From IMG/VR virus record IMGVR_UViG_3300028666_000023, positions 129,845-193,844 of that record: 64,000 nt of DNA; one strand, given 5' to 3'. This stretch comes from a virus. The notes under the pieces are model-generated. The model ran no database searches, had not been told where the DNA came from, and saw only the letters and a program-made list of their open reading frames with translations. The position numbers were made by a program, and so were the translations under genes. The stretch's first letter is position 1. The number at the start of each line of letters is the position of its first letter. Positions 62,877 through 64,000 of this stretch are shown here, in pieces.

Positions 62877-64000
62877 TCAGCCCTGGTCGACGGGCCCGCG
62901 GTAGAACGAACGGATCGCGCCCTGGCCGTCGACCTCTTTGAAGGGGGCAACGACATCCGGGCGCGGGATGAGGAGCATCGAGGCGAGGAAGCAGTAGAGC
63001 ACCGAGTGGAACGTGTCGTCGGGGCGATCGAGCTTGTGGTCGTACTGCAGCGTGCGGAGCTTGTTGTTGTACTCGCTGTAGATGTTGAGCATGTCGTTCG
63101 CGAACGGGTCCTCGAACTCTTCCCAGTTCGGGAACTCGATCTGCCGTCGCTTGATGGCGTTGAACACGTCGCTCATCACTTCGGTCCGCACGATCTGCCA
63201 TCGGCGGAAGTTCGGATTCCAGAAGACCTTCCGCTTGCCCTTCGGCAAGTACTGGTACTTGTGGACGCGCTTCGGTCCGAACTTGCGCGTGAGGCGATCG
63301 TTCGGGTAGTGGCCGCCGCCGTAGTCCGCTCCGATGAGGCGGGTGTTGAAGTACGAGATGAGCTCGATGATGCGCGCGAGCTGGATTTCGGGATCGACCT
63401 CTTCGCCTTGGAAGCGGTGGACGTAGAAGATGCGGAACTTCGAGTTCACGTACGTACCGAAGGAGATGACCGTGTACGTGTTCTCGCCCGTGCCCCAGTC
63501 GATGCCGCAGAAGACCGGGCTGCCCGCGCCGATGGCCTTGTACTTGGCGAGCTCCTCGATGCTCATGTGCACATCGACGTTGCTGCACGCGCGGACCTGC
63601 GCGCGCGTGAGCGGGCGGAGGCCTGAGTCGTACGAGATGCCGAGCACCTCGTTGTAGAAGCGCTGGCGGTCGTAGCGGCCGTAGTCGAGCATGATCTCGT
63701 CCCACGACCGCCAGGGCACCATCAACTGCGGGATGCGGTAGCTCTCGAAGATGCCGTCCTTCACGAACATCGCCCACTGCGAGTCCGGGTGCATCGGGTT
63801 GAGGAGCTTGCCGCAACGCTCGCAGCTCAGGCCGCGCTTCTGGATGTTCTTCTCCCCGAGGACGTTCCAGTAGCGACCGGCGCCGGCGGAGCTGCCGCAG
63901 CGATCGCACGGCACCATCCACTCGCCCATCGTCGACATCGGTTTGCCGCGCGCGGTGCCCGACCAGTAGTACTCGAGGGTGTTGTCGAGACTCTTGGGCA
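62877..64000 (-). CDS. terL: Terminase large subunit, C-terminal part (lambda gpA-like)
   Basis: Zinc finger, FYNEVLG, GIDWG, ADYGGG, PDDTFHS nuclease motifs; frame open to the window edge. Confidence 0.85.
   Translation of the reverse strand, partial: PKSLDNTLEYYWSGTARGKPMSTMGEWMVPCDRCGSSAGAGRYWNVLGEKNIQKRGLSCERCGKLLNPMHPDSQWAMFVKDGIFESYRIPQLMVPWRSWDEIMLDYGRYDRQRFYNEVLGISYDSGLRPLTRAQVRACSNVDVHMSIEELAKYKAIGAGSPVFCGIDWGTGENTYTVISFGTYVNSKFRIFYVHRFQGEEVDPEIQLARIIELISYFNTRLIGADYGGGHYPNDRLTRKFGPKRVHKYQYLPKGKRKVFWNPNFRRWQIVRTEVMSDVFNAIKRRQIEFPNWEEFEDPFANDMLNIYSEYNNKLRTLQYDHKLDRPDDTFHSVLYCFLASMLLIPRPDVVAPFKEVDGQGAIRSFYRGPVDQG

Noticed and set aside
1-64000. Alternative genetic code
   Set aside because: TAA, TAG and TGA all end well-supported genes, and coding density is high with the standard code

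Overview
GC-rich 64-kb segment of a large contractile-tailed (myovirus-like) dsDNA phage, nearly all on the minus strand. Reading right to left: terminase large subunit (partial), prohead protease, scaffold/internal head proteins, major capsid protein, neck proteins, tail sheath and tube, a block of nucleotide-metabolism and hypothetical genes (dCMP deaminase, dNMP kinase, GroES, histone H1-like, tail chaperone with a -1 frameshift), tape measure, baseplate hub proteins, putative capsid-cargo proteins, a sigma factor, a tmRNA and a MazG-like gene. Three free-standing HNH endonucleases are present. The host is inferred, not shown, to be a high-GC Gram-negative bacterium, possibly Myxococcota. 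Most notable observations: (1) a family of proteins carrying an N-terminal F-x-x-E-L-x-K-I-A leader and K-x-A/G motifs shared with the head proteins, with variable payloads that include a protein-kinase-like domain; (2) a plus-strand array of promoter-gene-terminator cassettes with a conserved GCAAA-N15/16-GGGATAAG-N5-TGGA motif and anti-Shine-Dalgarno arms; (3) a one-piece tmRNA with an alphaproteobacterial-type T-loop whose CCA end overlaps the start codon of an HNH gene, followed by a K-turn-containing RNA. All calls were made by eye from motifs and gene order; no database searches were run.
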